Source: an uncultured Succinivibrionaceae bacterium
GTDB taxonomy: Bacteria; Pseudomonadota; Gammaproteobacteria; Enterobacterales; Succinivibrionaceae
Assembly: GCA_900539665.1 (NCBI GenBank)
Contig: UQCV01000004.1
Coordinates: 1,818 to 65,817, forward strand
Length of the DNA stretch: 64,000 nucleotides
Direction of reading: 5' to 3'
Under the pieces are notes generated by a model. It was given only the letters and a program-made list of their open reading frames with translations, was not told the origin of the DNA and did no database searches. Positions 53,278-64,000 of the stretch are shown one piece after another. Position 1 is the first letter of the stretch. Each line of letters starts with the position of its first letter. Position numbers and translations under genes: made by a program.

Positions 53278-53410
53278 GAATCTTGCCTCTAAAAAACTTT
53301 GTCTCTTATGCCAAAACATGATTTTAGCTTAAAGCGTTGATTTTACCAAATATCAGCTCTGATTTTTGGCGGGTTCGGCAATATTTAACCCTTGCCGAAC
53401 CTTTTACCAA

Positions 53411-55402
53411 CTACATTCCAGCGATTTTTAAGCCTCTAAGAGTGGAATTTAAACTATTACCAAAACTGTTTTGCCCTTCACTAAAGATATTTAACCACGC
53501 TTCGTTAGCACTACTATCTTGGTTTCTTAAGCTATCTTGCCAAGATTGCTGTGCGCGGGCATAGCCCTTAGATTCATGTTCTTGGCGTTCCCCTTGGAAA
53601 TCATGGGTGCTTTCTACGCTTTCATCAACCAAGTCAACTCCAACTTGAGCCATATAATCTTTGAGTTTTGGTAAACTATCTCCTAAGAGCTCCTTAGCAG
53701 CGCGAGTGGTAGCGGTAAAGTTTACGGCAGCGCGATTTCCATCGTCCACACTTACCGAAATCTTTAAACGACCTAAATTATGCGGATAGAGCTCAAGCTC
53801 TACCTGACGCAAGTTACGAGCTGCCATCTTCATCACTTGCTGATGAATACGTTCAGCATTCCCATTTCGGTCTCCCCCTAAAAGTTCAACTCGACCAAAG
53901 ACTTCGCTACTCCCAGTTAAACTATTAGAAGTTAAGGTAGCTGAGTTTTCGGCCCCACTAAAGCCTGCATTAGCACTACTTCTATTAGTAGCAGCAGTCC
54001 CCGCTAAAACCTGTGCACGCTGCCGGTTATTACTCATAACCCCAGCAAAAGCTTCATTAGAACTTAAATCAGCCCCAGTGTTTAAAGTTTCAGCAGAAGT
54101 AAATTGAACTCCATTTTCCCCAAAGAAACCAGAAGCCCCATCACTATCAAAGAACCCCAATTCACTTGCTTCATGACTAGTTACATTTTCAAAAGCTTCA
54201 TCGCCTAACATAGAAGATAATTCAGCTTGTTCTTGAGCTTTCAAATCTTGAGTAGTTGTAGTTGAAGCTACATTTTGACGCTGTAAAATTGAGGTAATCA
54301 TGGAACTTGAACTTAACGGTTCGCTTATTGAAGTTCTAGCCGCTTGTTGCATCTTCACCATGAAGCTTAAGGTATCGCCAGCTTGAGCCTGTAATACGGC
54401 ATCCGCGGCATCACCACTTGAGGACACAACTTTAAGACCAGCTTTATGAGCTTCTTTTAAAGCGTCACGCGCTTCAACTGAAACTTCGGCCTTAACGTTT
54501 GCTGAAGTTGTAAGTGCATGTTTTTTAGAAGTTAGAATCTGACTTGGGTCTAACTTACCTTCTGTAGGCATAGTTGGGTCTTCACTAGTTAAAACTGCTA
54601 AATTTTCATTAGTCGCTGTTGCTTTCCCGTCTTGAGCGGAAAGTTTTTGCCACTTAGAGGCATCAGTTGCCACTTGAGCTTGAAGCGCTTGGTCTAAAGC
54701 TTCGCTTGAGACCTTAGTCCCAACTACAGTGTTAGCGTTGGTATGTGCGTATTCCTTGCCATTGGCAATAGTGTTTTGAGCAGAAGCTTCAACTTCAGCT
54801 TTTAAGCCCATCGCATCGATCTTGGCTTTAGATGATTCAGAAGATTCATTTTCCTGAACTACCGTAGCGTTAGTGTCCAAAGTTTCAGGTTCATCTGCGC
54901 CTAAATTATAATCAGCGTCGCTTAAGATCCACGCCCCGCTTTCATCAAGCTCAGAGGCACTTAGATCATATATATCGGTAACGGTTTTATTTTCATTATC
55001 AGCAAAAGTTGACGCTTGGTCCTTTACGGTTTCAGGATTAGACGCCACTACAGCAGAATCAGCTAAAGACGCACCTTCGGTGGTAGTAGCTTCACCTTCT
55101 ACCAAAGCCAATTCTTCGTCATTAGCTGCTTCCACTTGAGCTTTGGCTGTCACATTTTTGACAGTAGCATCTTGAGTTTCAACCTTAGCATGAGCTTTGT
55201 TTGACTCGACTCTTTTATCTTTTACAAGAGTTTTAGCTTTAGCAGTCGCATTATTCTCAGTGCGTCCGGCCACATCTTGCCGTTCCTTAGCCATAGCACT
55301 ACGAAAATCCGCTCCAGCCCCCAAATCTTCATTTTTAACAGAGCTCTTTAGTTCCATTGTGTCTAAGTTTGCTGGCGAAATCATATCAAGTGCAATCATC
55401 AT
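53411..55402 (-). CDS. fliK: Flagellar hook-length control protein FliK
   Basis: Low-complexity central region and a conserved C-terminal FliK domain. Start is ATG 55402 with an AGGAG RBS. Confidence 0.75.
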   Translation of the reverse strand: MMIALDMISPANLDTMELKSSVKNEDLGAGADFRSAMAKERQDVAGRTENNATAKAKTLVKDKRVESNKAHAKVETQDATVKNVTAKAQVEAANDEELALVEGEATTTEGASLADSAVVASNPETVKDQASTFADNENKTVTDIYDLSASELDESGAWILSDADYNLGADEPETLDTNATVVQENESSESSKAKIDAMGLKAEVEASAQNTIANGKEYAHTNANTVVGTKVSSEALDQALQAQVATDASKWQKLSAQDGKATATNENLAVLTSEDPTMPTEGKLDPSQILTSKKHALTTSANVKAEVSVEARDALKEAHKAGLKVVSSSGDAADAVLQAQAGDTLSFMVKMQQAARTSISEPLSSSSMITSILQRQNVASTTTTQDLKAQEQAELSSMLGDEAFENVTSHEASELGFFDSDGASGFFGENGVQFTSAETLNTGADLSSNEAFAGVMSNNRQRAQVLAGTAATNRSSANAGFSGAENSATLTSNSLTGSSEVFGRVELLGGDRNGNAERIHQQVMKMAARNLRQVELELYPHNLGRLKISVSVDDGNRAAVNFTATTRAAKELLGDSLPKLKDYMAQVGVDLVDESVESTHDFQGERQEHESKGYARAQQSWQDSLRNQDSSANEAWLNIFSEGQNSFGNSLNSTLRGLKIAGM

Positions 55403-55454
55403 TAAATCTCCTACGGTCAAAAAACCGTTATCCTGCCGTTATTGTCTACGATGA

Positions 55455-55470
55455 TGCAAATTATTTGCCA
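55455..55470 (-). promoter_or_regulatory. Sigma54 promoter (minus-strand TGGCAAataatTTGCA) upstream of fliK
   Basis: GG-N10-GC with near-consensus flanks. The predicted TSS is about 40 nt upstream of the fliK ATG. Confidence 0.6.
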
Positions 55471-55635
55471 ATTTGGTATTGCCGCTGTTTATAAACTTGT
55501 TTTCAGAAAAATATTTAACTTCGTTCACAATTTAAGACGCCAATAGCTTTGTTTTCTATCTTTGTTTTGGTCTCTGTTTTTCTTGTTTGGTAGTACTCTT
55601 GATTGCAGGCAAGATTACTAGTTTAGACTATTAGT

Positions 55636-56094
55636 TTAATAGTCTGCACTACTCGTTTGGCTTTTTTGAAAAAAACGATTCGTCGATAAATCATCACTTA
55701 GCTTTTGCTCTTGTTTAGCTAAGGCGGTAGCAGCTTCTAAGCGTCGCTTTTCCATCAACATTTCCACACCTTTACGTCTAGCTTCAGCATCTTTAAAGGC
55801 TTGAAGCCTCGTGGCAACTTCAGCTTTAATCTTTTGTAGACCCTTTAATTGCTCCGCTGAAATATTATCTAAGCGCCCAATAAACGCCGTGTAATGTTCA
55901 TAAGTACCATGCGATACGGGGCCACTCATGCCTTTATTAACTAAATCAGAGGAGTAGATCCCCCGAAACCTATCTAAAGCCGCAAGCTGTTGCTCAAAAT
56001 TTCGTTGCTGCGTTAAAGCGGCTAAGTAAAGAGAACGACTTTCGTCTTCAAGCTTCTTTAGTCGTTCGTAAAGTAATTCAAGCGCGCCAGCCAT
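55636..56094 (-). CDS. fliJ: Flagellar export chaperone FliJ
   Basis: 152 aa coiled-coil protein, positioned between fliI and fliK. Confidence 0.75.
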   Translation of the reverse strand: MAGALELLYERLKKLEDESRSLYLAALTQQRNFEQQLAALDRFRGIYSSDLVNKGMSGPVSHGTYEHYTAFIGRLDNISAEQLKGLQKIKAEVATRLQAFKDAEARRKGVEMLMEKRRLEAATALAKQEQKLSDDLSTNRFFQKSQTSSADY

Positions 56095-56158
56095 CTACAT
56101 TTAATTCCTAATTTTTTATGCCTATCACCATAAGCGCTTTAAAGTTTAAGATTTTATC

Positions 56159-57523
56159 TTAGCGCTTATTGCCCATAGGAGGCACTGCGCGACCTCCACC
56201 ACCCGCCATCACTTGAGCGAGGGCCTTAAGTTCAGCGACACATTGGTCATAGGGAATGACTTCTTTCATCTTTTGTTGTAAAAATTGGTCAATGACCGGT
56301 TTTAGTTTTATAGCCTGGTCAATACGTGGATCAGCCCCGGCTTGGTAAGCCCCTAAGGCTATCAAATCGCGATTTTGTTCGTAAAGGGAATATGTTTGCT
56401 TGACCGCTCGCGCCATGATTTGGTGTTCTTCCGAGGTAACCATCGCCATAACACGAGAAATAGACTTTTCAATATCAATCGCTGGATAATGCCCACTATC
56501 GGCTAGCGCACGAGATAAAACTATGTGCCCGTCAAGAATCGCACGTGCCGAGTCCGCAATCGGATCTTGTAAATCGTCCCCTTCAGTTAACACGGTAAAA
56601 AACGCCGTAATCGAACCTTGATTTTCCGCCCCGTTACCGGCGCGTTCAACTAAAGCCGGCAAGCGAGCAAATACAGAAGGCGGATAACCTTTAGTTGCCG
56701 GTGGCTCACCGATTGCTAACGCGATTTCACGTTGCGCCTGCGCATAACGCGTCAATGAATCCATAAGAAGTAGTACGTTTTTGCCTTGGTCTCTAAAGTA
56801 TTCTGCAATCGCTAATGAAGTTTCACAGCCCTTTAGGCGCATTAAAGGCGAAGCATCAGCTGGAGCTGCCACCACGACCGAACGTGCGCGTCCTTCCGGC
56901 CCTAAAATATCTTCAATAAACTCACGAACTTCACGTCCACGTTCCCCTATAAGCCCCACCACAGTTACATCTGCAGTCGAGCCGCGAGTCATCATCCCAA
57001 GAAGAACAGACTTACCAACCCCGGAACCGGCAAAAAGCCCCATACGTTGCCCTTGGCCTACAGTAATAATAGCATTGATGGCCCGCACCCCAACGTCCAT
57101 TGGTTCTTTAATTGGTTTACGAGCTAACGGATTCATCCGCCGAGGCACAAAACGTTGTCGCCTATCTCTAATCAATGGTCCCTGCCCATCGATAGGATTA
57201 CCAATCCCATCTATAACGCGCCCTAAGAGATGAGGCCCATAAGGAAAATCACTCTGACTACCAATAGGCGTTACTTTAGCCCCAGGCACCACTCCTTTTA
57301 ATTCTTCGGATGGCATCAAATAAAGCTTTTCCCCACTAAAACCCACAACCTCAGCTTCTAAGCTTCCATCGACGGTTTCAATGCGACAAATCGAGCCTAC
57401 CGCCGCTCGGCAGCCTACGGCCTCTAAAGTTAAACCAACGACTCGCACTAAACGGCCAGAGACCGCTGGAGTCTCCGGAGCTTCTGGAATAGCGCAGTTC
57501 ATCAAGCTTTCAATTACGCTCAT
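56159..57523 (-). CDS. fliI: Flagellum-specific ATP synthase FliI
   Basis: Walker A GSGVGKS and the F1-ATPase beta-like fold. Confidence 0.95.
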   Translation of the reverse strand: MSVIESLMNCAIPEAPETPAVSGRLVRVVGLTLEAVGCRAAVGSICRIETVDGSLEAEVVGFSGEKLYLMPSEELKGVVPGAKVTPIGSQSDFPYGPHLLGRVIDGIGNPIDGQGPLIRDRRQRFVPRRMNPLARKPIKEPMDVGVRAINAIITVGQGQRMGLFAGSGVGKSVLLGMMTRGSTADVTVVGLIGERGREVREFIEDILGPEGRARSVVVAAPADASPLMRLKGCETSLAIAEYFRDQGKNVLLLMDSLTRYAQAQREIALAIGEPPATKGYPPSVFARLPALVERAGNGAENQGSITAFFTVLTEGDDLQDPIADSARAILDGHIVLSRALADSGHYPAIDIEKSISRVMAMVTSEEHQIMARAVKQTYSLYEQNRDLIALGAYQAGADPRIDQAIKLKPVIDQFLQQKMKEVIPYDQCVAELKALAQVMAGGGGRAVPPMGNKR

Positions 57524-57528
57524 AGCTT

Positions 57529-58752
57529 TTAACCTCGTTTAGTCGAGATGCCACTTGCGGGTTCCACTTGGACTTGGTTATCCATAGCTGCATCTGGCAG
57601 ATTAGTTTGGGTCACTACGGCTTCTTCTTGAATGATAGCGTTTTTCGGATCATCTAGTTCATTTAAAGAGGTGGCAGAAGCGTCCGGCTCAACTTGAAAA
57701 GCTTGTTCCCCTGGAGTCTCTGAAGCATTGGTAGCGTCGTGCTCAAGCTCTTGGCTCAGACCATCATTTGGGGCCATGGTATATGAAGTCTCAGCCTTTT
57801 GAACATCGCCATTAGAAGCTATTGGTTCTAACGGTACATTATCATAAGCATGGTTTACCTCGTAACCCGAGTTTTGTGGCGCTAGCTCCACCTTATCACT
57901 ATTTAAGTTCATAAACTCTGCTAAGAACTTATCAATACGTTCCTCTAAACGAATATCAATACTACTCATCTGCGCGTCGGCTGCAATATCACCAGGTTTT
58001 AAGTTAGGATCAGGTAAGATTTTTAGCTCCGCCGTGCCGATGGTATCGGCAACTAAATGACAATCAGCAGGGTTTAATCTAAATGAAACGTTAGTTGAAG
58101 CGACCGGTAGCAACCGGCATACATCAGCAATAGCTTGTTCAAGATAGGCCGGGTTAACCTTAACTTCTTGTTTGATAAAGGCTCGCGCTAAACGCCCGGC
58201 AAGGTAAATAAGTTCGGAGGAAATTTCAGTATCTAGTTTACCAATGGGGTCCACTAGGTGATTAGCGTAGCGACAAAACCGCGCAGCTTCGCTTGCAATA
58301 ATTTCTTGACCGTTTTTTAAGCCTTCTGCTTGGCCAGCCGCAAAGCCATCGCGAGTCCCAGATACTACCCCAGCTTCATAGCCTTCCTTATGACCTTCAC
58401 TATAACCATGTTCCTTGCCTTCCGCAAAACCATCGTCATATGCAGCTTTACGAATGGCCTCAAGCTCTTCTAACGTAATAGCAGCTACTTTTTCTTCAGC
58501 AGGCGCAGGTCCCTCTTCTTTGGCTTTTAACCCTTCTTCATACCAATTGGCTTTCATGCCTAAGGCATTGGTTTCATTAGGATCGGGGGCATTACGAGAA
58601 TCTTCAACAAACTCCACGTCATATGGTTTAGCTTGACCTTGCTCATCATCAATGAGCTTTTGAGGCCTAAACTTTGGGGCGTCAGAACGTTCAGAATAGT
58701 AGTTGCTTGGCACTGAAGCTTCAGCTTGCTCTAAATCCTTAAAATTATTCAT
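57529..58752 (-). CDS. fliH: Flagellar assembly protein FliH, with N-terminal and C-terminal extensions
   Basis: The central FliH domain has about 100-aa N-terminal and 130-aa C-terminal low-complexity extensions; 407 aa. Confidence 0.7.
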   Translation of the reverse strand: MNNFKDLEQAEASVPSNYYSERSDAPKFRPQKLIDDEQGQAKPYDVEFVEDSRNAPDPNETNALGMKANWYEEGLKAKEEGPAPAEEKVAAITLEELEAIRKAAYDDGFAEGKEHGYSEGHKEGYEAGVVSGTRDGFAAGQAEGLKNGQEIIASEAARFCRYANHLVDPIGKLDTEISSELIYLAGRLARAFIKQEVKVNPAYLEQAIADVCRLLPVASTNVSFRLNPADCHLVADTIGTAELKILPDPNLKPGDIAADAQMSSIDIRLEERIDKFLAEFMNLNSDKVELAPQNSGYEVNHAYDNVPLEPIASNGDVQKAETSYTMAPNDGLSQELEHDATNASETPGEQAFQVEPDASATSLNELDDPKNAIIQEEAVVTQTNLPDAAMDNQVQVEPASGISTKRG

Positions 58753-58881
58753 AAGTCCCTCGTAAATACCAAAAGGCGGCGAGCCTTAGCACACCGCAAA
58801 ACGACAATTAAAACTGAGATCATACTTGAACTTTAAAACTAGGCCCCACGGGCTTAGCTTTAAAGCAATTAACTTTATGGT

Positions 58882-59925
58882 TTACACAAAGTTATCACCG
58901 CCACCTAGGCCTAACATAATTTCGCCACTATCAGCTAAACGACGGGCAATAGTAAGAATTTCTTTTTGAGCAGCTTCCACGTCACTAATACGCATTGGGC
59001 TCATAGTAGACAAGTCTTCACGTAACGTATCGGCGGCACGCTTAGACATATTCTTAAAGATTTTTTCTTTAAGATTATCATCCGCACCTTTAAGAGCTTT
59101 AGTCAACAAGTCACCAGATACTTCACGTAACAAGGTCTGAATACCACGGTCATCAACGTCGATAAGATTTTCAAAGACGAACATGAGGTCTTGAATCTGC
59201 TGACTCATTTCTTCATCGTTTTCACGAATAGCATCCATGAGCTGACCTTCAATATTGGTATCGAGATAGTTCATAATAGAAGCGGCTGCCTTAAGACCAC
59301 CCATCTTAGCTGCCTGAGTACTTGCAGAACCCGCAAATTGTTTTTCCATAATTTCGTTGAGTTCTTGTAAAGCGGCCGGTTGTACTTCTTCCAAATTCGC
59401 GATACGCATAATTAAATCAAGGCGCACAGGCTCTGGAAATTGACTTAAAATTTCCGCACTCTGTTCAGGTTCCAAATACGACAACACAATGGTTTGAATC
59501 TGCGGGTGTTCGTTCTGAATAATAGTCGCTACCTGACGTGCATCCATCCACTTTAAAGAGTCCAAACCACGCGCGCCCGAACCCATGATAATCTGTTCAA
59601 CTAAGTTACCAGCCTTGTCTTCACCTAAAGCGGCCACGAGTGCTTTACGCACAAAGTCTTCCGACCCCACCCCGATATTAGAATACTTCTGAATATCATT
59701 GATAAAGAGGCGCTGCACGGCGGTAACTTTTTCATTACTAAAGTCGCTCATAGAGGCCATCGCCATCCCCAAGCGTTGTACTTGCTTTGGCTCTAGGTGA
59801 CGAAATATTGACGCTGCGTCATCTTCGTTTAAGCTCAGCATCAACACCGCAGCCTTATCATAGCCTGACATTTCAGCTAAGAGTCTTAGTTGCTCCTCTG
59901 TAAGATCGTTTACTGCTTCACCCAT
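58882..59925 (-). CDS. fliG: Flagellar motor switch protein FliG
   Basis: 347 aa, conserved along its full length. Confidence 0.95.
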   Translation of the reverse strand: MGEAVNDLTEEQLRLLAEMSGYDKAAVLMLSLNEDDAASIFRHLEPKQVQRLGMAMASMSDFSNEKVTAVQRLFINDIQKYSNIGVGSEDFVRKALVAALGEDKAGNLVEQIIMGSGARGLDSLKWMDARQVATIIQNEHPQIQTIVLSYLEPEQSAEILSQFPEPVRLDLIMRIANLEEVQPAALQELNEIMEKQFAGSASTQAAKMGGLKAAASIMNYLDTNIEGQLMDAIRENDEEMSQQIQDLMFVFENLIDVDDRGIQTLLREVSGDLLTKALKGADDNLKEKIFKNMSKRAADTLREDLSTMSPMRISDVEAAQKEILTIARRLADSGEIMLGLGGGDNFV

Positions 59926-59927
59926 TT

Positions 59928-61682
59928 TTACTTAACCTCAGTTCCTGAAATCCAATCCTTCACTACTTGAGCTGCTAAATCAGGTTCATTCGATACCAAA
60001 GCACGCACGGCCTTGAGCAAATCTTCATCGCGATGTAAATCAGGAAGTACAATCTGCCCATTTTTAATATTGTAAAGTGAATCGTCCCCAGCGCTGTCGC
60101 CCGCTAACAAATTCAAATCATCATTACCTTCAAGTGCTACTGCTCCGTCGGCATCTTGTTCAGCCGAACCTTCTTGTTCTGGAGTACGTTTGTTAACTAA
60201 ACTCATGATCATTGGGCGCACCACAAAAATTATGAGCATCACAATGATAAGAGCACTAAACAAGATACGCGCGTACTTTTCAAAGTTTTCATTTTCGTAG
60301 AAAGGTACAGGTTCAGGTTCCCCAAAATCTTCGGTATAAAACGGTACCGTATGCACCGCTAAGGTATCACCGCGACTTTCGTCAACACCTAACCCTTTAT
60401 GCAATAGATCTGTAATGATCTCAAGTTCCTGTTCTGTTCTCGGGATTTTAGTCACATTACCAGAAGCATCCACGCCTTCTTTGTAATTAACCGCCACAGA
60501 AATACTTAAACGCTGAATGCCACCACTATGCTTACGTGCGTGGCTAATCGTGGTATCAACTTCATAATTACGGACCGCACTACGGCGTTCATTGCCTGAA
60601 GTGCTGCTAGTACTACTCCCAGCAACCCCTGTACTCCCTGCAGCTTGCTGTAATTCCTCGGGAATAGATGAATTAGCAGGTGGTTGATTAGAGACCGCCC
60701 CAGGCACCCCAACAGCTTTACGCCCTTGAGAATATTCTTCTGATACTTGTTCTGATCTAATAGTAGGTTTGTCGTTATAACGCTGGCTAGTGGTTTCTTC
60801 TGTTACCGGATCTAAAGCCACAGCTACCATTGGAGTGTAGTTACCAATCCCTAAAATCGGATTTAAGATCTCTTCAATCTTACGCTTATATGCCGCTTCT
60901 TTTTGGCTTTGTAATTCAGTGGTCCGGCGTAAAGCTTGCGAAGCTTCATCCATCGAACCGGAATTTAATAAACGCCCGTTTTGGTCAATTACAGTTACGC
61001 GAGTAGTTTCAAGGCCTTGCACGGAAGAAGCCACACTTTCCACAATAGAATCGACTTCACCAGGGCCTAAACTACCTGAACCACCAACTTTAATTGTTAC
61101 TGAAGCACTTGGCTTTTGTTCTTCACGAGAAAACACATTACGCTTAGGAATAGCGAGCAATACTTTAGCATCCACAATCTTACGATTATTCTTAAGCATA
61201 TTGGCAATTTGTTGTTCACGTGCGTACTTAAGACGTTCTTCTTCTTTGCGTGCGCTCACCCCAAAAGCAGAATCCCCGAGTAGAATTTCAGAGCCATCAC
61301 GAGGAGCAGAGCTAATGATGCCATCGACAGTCAAGCCTTCAACTACTTTATCGTATTCATCAGTGCTGACCGAAATAACGTTGCGACGACCATCTAAGAG
61401 CTCATTGTATTCATATGCGTATTGATGCTGCTTTAAATAAGCAATAACCGAATTAAGTTCTTTAGTATCATCATAAGAGCCTAATGGTCTAAGGACCGGG
61501 TCACGGGCCCAAAATATAAGGACTAACCCTAATACTAAAAAGATAGATAGGCAGAGAATAACGATAATAGAACGCATAACGTCCCCGTTCTTCAAAATGG
61601 AAAGCGGAGACTGTTTTTCTACTAGGACATCGCCACTGTCTGAGCCGTCACCATCAGAGACAACTAGTTCATTCTTGGCCAT
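59928..61682 (-). CDS. fliF: Flagellar MS-ring protein FliF
   Basis: 584 aa with two TM helices and a periplasmic ring-building domain. Confidence 0.95.
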   Translation of the reverse strand: MAKNELVVSDGDGSDSGDVLVEKQSPLSILKNGDVMRSIIVILCLSIFLVLGLVLIFWARDPVLRPLGSYDDTKELNSVIAYLKQHQYAYEYNELLDGRRNVISVSTDEYDKVVEGLTVDGIISSAPRDGSEILLGDSAFGVSARKEEERLKYAREQQIANMLKNNRKIVDAKVLLAIPKRNVFSREEQKPSASVTIKVGGSGSLGPGEVDSIVESVASSVQGLETTRVTVIDQNGRLLNSGSMDEASQALRRTTELQSQKEAAYKRKIEEILNPILGIGNYTPMVAVALDPVTEETTSQRYNDKPTIRSEQVSEEYSQGRKAVGVPGAVSNQPPANSSIPEELQQAAGSTGVAGSSTSSTSGNERRSAVRNYEVDTTISHARKHSGGIQRLSISVAVNYKEGVDASGNVTKIPRTEQELEIITDLLHKGLGVDESRGDTLAVHTVPFYTEDFGEPEPVPFYENENFEKYARILFSALIIVMLIIFVVRPMIMSLVNKRTPEQEGSAEQDADGAVALEGNDDLNLLAGDSAGDDSLYNIKNGQIVLPDLHRDEDLLKAVRALVSNEPDLAAQVVKDWISGTEVK

Positions 61683-61757
61683 AATTCTTTATCCTCTCAC
61701 GTAAGTTTTGCCCCAAAACCAAGGGGAACCTACTTGGTAAAAAGTCAAAATCTGACT

Positions 61758-62105
61758 TTAAATTTGCATTTGCATAATGGTCTTATATGTTTCGACCATT
61801 TTATTTCTCACTTGGATCGTAGCTTCCAAAGCCAAACCAGCCTTTTGGCCAGCAATCATAACTTCAGCTAAGCTAACGCTACGGTCACCTAATTCAAAAT
61901 TAGTCTTAAGGTTACTTGAGTTCACTTGAAGATCATTAACCCCTTCAACTGCAGACTTAAGCATTGCTGCAAAATCTGCCCCACCTGCGGATTGAACCTC
62001 GTTATTGGGCATCGCTCCGCTCATTACAGCGTTTGGACCTGCAGCCTGCATGCGCATTCTCGCCATCTGCATTAGCATATCATCAGCACCAATTGACATA
62101 TCCAT
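61758..62105 (-). CDS. fliE: Flagellar hook-basal body protein FliE
   Basis: C-terminus …IQVRNKMVETYKTIMQMQI. Start is ATG 62105 with a GGAGGG RBS. The track start at 62144 is a TTG. Confidence 0.8.
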   Translation of the reverse strand: MDMSIGADDMLMQMARMRMQAAGPNAVMSGAMPNNEVQSAGGADFAAMLKSAVEGVNDLQVNSSNLKTNFELGDRSVSLAEVMIAGQKAGLALEATIQVRNKMVETYKTIMQMQI

Positions 62106-62153
62106 TTTCAAACCCTCCGGTGGCGTCAAAAATATAACACTCAACCTAGACTT

Positions 62154-62169
62154 TGCAAAATGAATGCCA
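62154..62169 (-). promoter_or_regulatory. Sigma54 promoter (minus-strand TGGCAttcattTTGCA) for fliEFGHIJ
   Basis: Perfect GG-N10-GC spacing with TGGCA and TTGCA. It sits about 50 nt upstream of the fliE ATG. Confidence 0.7.
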
Positions 62170-62547
62170 ACTCGTACTTCGTTTAGGTTACGACTTTTTT
62201 CAAAACCAGAACATTAAAAGCTTAACGCTCAAACTTAAACTGCTTATTTAGGGTCAGGGAATTCTTTCAATTTTGTTTGAAAAAGTAAACTTGTACTAGC
62301 TTTAATAAACCTGTACTAGCTTTAAGTAGTTTTAAAGCCAAACCTTCTACGAAGTTAAGCTTTAAAAGTCCATACCACTTCTTCTGATAAGACTATTTAG
62401 TCAAGTAACTATAACACGAGAAACCGCTCGGACCACGCCCCCACTTACAAAAACGTTAAGTTGTACGAAATACAACGTTTTTCGAGGCGTAAATAATCGA
62501 GTAGGGATTTTACCACTCTAAAAAATGCCCATGCTAGGCACACAACA

Positions 62548-62575
62548 GAAAAAACCGCAGTTTTACTGCGGTTTT
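62548..62575 (-). terminator. tyrS terminator
   Basis: ACCGCAG-TTTTA-CTGCGGT followed by U7 on the minus strand. Confidence 0.75.
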
Positions 62576-62618
62576 CATAGCTTTAAATAAGCTAATACTT
62601 TTTCAAGCTAAAAAGATC

Positions 62619-63821
62619 TTAAGCTAAGGTTACACGGGCAAACTTACGCTTACCAACCTGCCATACGTAAGTACCAGCTTGGACTAATAATTTAGCGTCA
62701 GCAATTGCTTCGCCATCACACTTAACTGCGTTTTGCTTAATCATACGCATAGCATCAGAAGTTGAAGCCACTAAGCCTGCACTCTTAAGCATGTTTGCAA
62801 CTGGCATCCCCTGAGCCCCATCAAGACTTAAGGTAACTTCAGGCATGTCGTCTGGAATTGCATTCTTTGAGAAACGAGTTACAAAGTCATTGTATGCAGC
62901 TTCAGCCGCTTCAGCCCCATGGTAACGAGTGATAATTTCACGCGCTAATTCAACCTTCACGTCACGTGGATTAGTAGTACCAGCAGCAATACCGTCGCGG
63001 AATGCTTGAATTTCAACTAAGCTCTTAGCACTTAGAAGTTCATAGTAATTCCACATAAGATCATCGCTAATGCTCATGATCTTACCAAACATATCGTTTG
63101 GTGCATCGTGAACCCCGATGTAGTTGCCAGCAGACTTACTCATCTTCTTAACACCATCGAGACCAACCAATAAAGGCATCATAATCACAACTTGTGGTTC
63201 CATGCCTTCTTCTTTTTGCAATTCACGACCCATAAGAAGATTAAAACGTTGGTCACTACCACCAAGTTCGATGTCAGCTTTCATCGCTACAGAGTCATAC
63301 GCCTGGAGAAGCGGATAGATGAATTCGTGAATAGCGATAGAACGACCTTCGGAGAAACGCTTCTTAAAGTCATCACGTTCAAGCATACGGGCCACGGTCT
63401 GACGCGCTGCAAGCTTAATCATGCCTTCAGCCCCGAGCTTTGATAACCATTCTGAGTTATAAACGATCTTAGTCTTAGCCGGATCCAAAACCTTAAAAGC
63501 CTGTTCAGCGTAGGTCTTAGCATTTTCAATAATGCTTTCACGGGACAATGGTGGACGGGTAGCGTTTTTACCAGTAGGATCCCCAACGGCTGCGGTAAAG
63601 TCACCGATAAGAAGATTTACTTCATGGCCAAGATCCTGAAAAACTCTAAGCTTATTAAGAATAACAGTGTGCCCAAGGTGAATATCAGGAGCGGTTGGGT
63701 CCATCCCAAGTTTTACTCTAAGTGGACGACCAAGAGCAAGCTTAGCCTTAAGTTCTTCAAGAGGAATAACGGTTTCTGCACCGCGAGTAATCTCGGCCAG
63801 AGCCTCATCAATTGATACCAT
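62619..63821 (-). CDS. tyrS: Tyrosine--tRNA ligase (short form)
   Basis: HIGH motif (DIHLGH), KMSKS, and a C-terminal S4-like domain. Start is at M25, which has a GGAG RBS. Confidence 0.85.
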   Translation of the reverse strand: MVSIDEALAEITRGAETVIPLEELKAKLALGRPLRVKLGMDPTAPDIHLGHTVILNKLRVFQDLGHEVNLLIGDFTAAVGDPTGKNATRPPLSRESIIENAKTYAEQAFKVLDPAKTKIVYNSEWLSKLGAEGMIKLAARQTVARMLERDDFKKRFSEGRSIAIHEFIYPLLQAYDSVAMKADIELGGSDQRFNLLMGRELQKEEGMEPQVVIMMPLLVGLDGVKKMSKSAGNYIGVHDAPNDMFGKIMSISDDLMWNYYELLSAKSLVEIQAFRDGIAAGTTNPRDVKVELAREIITRYHGAEAAEAAYNDFVTRFSKNAIPDDMPEVTLSLDGAQGMPVANMLKSAGLVASTSDAMRMIKQNAVKCDGEAIADAKLLVQAGTYVWQVGKRKFARVTLA

Positions 63822-64000
63822 CAGATTCTCCAGTATATCTTTAAGAATGGTGTGATAATGCCAAAAACAAATAGAATCTCGTTTTATTGACACATCCGAG
63901 CTTTTGCCAATTCGTGCGTGATATGTAAGCCCGAATTAAGGCAAGTTAAATTTATTTCTATTGATTTTTGGTAAGTTGTAATAGCATTCCGTTTAAGTCA

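Overview
This 64-kb window comes from a low-GC (~40%) gammaproteobacterium. Its flagellar gene layout, with sigma54 promoters ahead of fliE and fliK, resembles Vibrio, Aeromonas and Succinivibrionaceae; the taxonomy is an inference. Most of the window is core chromosome. Identified genes are: a DAACS symporter (5' partial); a 1176-aa secreted protein of unknown function; glgP/malP-like alpha-glucan phosphorylase and pgm, both with strong codon bias; a YgfB-family protein; suhB; a class-1 OLD-family ATPase/TOPRIM nuclease; a ycbZ-like Lon protease with fabA in E. coli-like synteny; a GNAT acetyltransferase; the complete trp operon (trpL leader peptide, attenuator, trpE, trpGD, trpCF, trpB, trpA); the rimP-nusA-infB-rbfA-truB cluster; cspA; a degenerate-GGDEF protein; ppnN; a proline-repeat lipoprotein; gdhA; the fliEFGHIJ and fliKLMNOPQR flagellar clusters; and tyrS. 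The accessory content is: (i) a dispersed repeat family of about 250 bp that looks like an IS end plus the start of an IS3-like orfA. Copy A (16341-18310) is split by a ~1.7-kb higher-GC insertion carrying a foreign DUF4143-type AAA ATPase gene. Intact copy B (47870-48122) lies in inverted orientation about 30 kb away, and degenerate copies sit upstream of cspA. (ii) A 3-kb island between the trp operon and truB that encodes a zinc-ribbon/BspA-like (DUF285/LRR_5) repeat protein and a small exported coiled-coil protein. (iii) A candidate ~80-nt small RNA in the 1-kb ygfB-suhB intergenic region. It has a near-consensus sigma54 -24/-12 promoter, an intrinsic terminator, and LuxO-type TTGCA-N3-TGCAA palindromes upstream. 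Other regulatory signals seen are CRP-like sites upstream of glgP, a boxA-like element in the suhB leader, and many intrinsic terminators. No rRNA, tRNA or CRISPR array was found.
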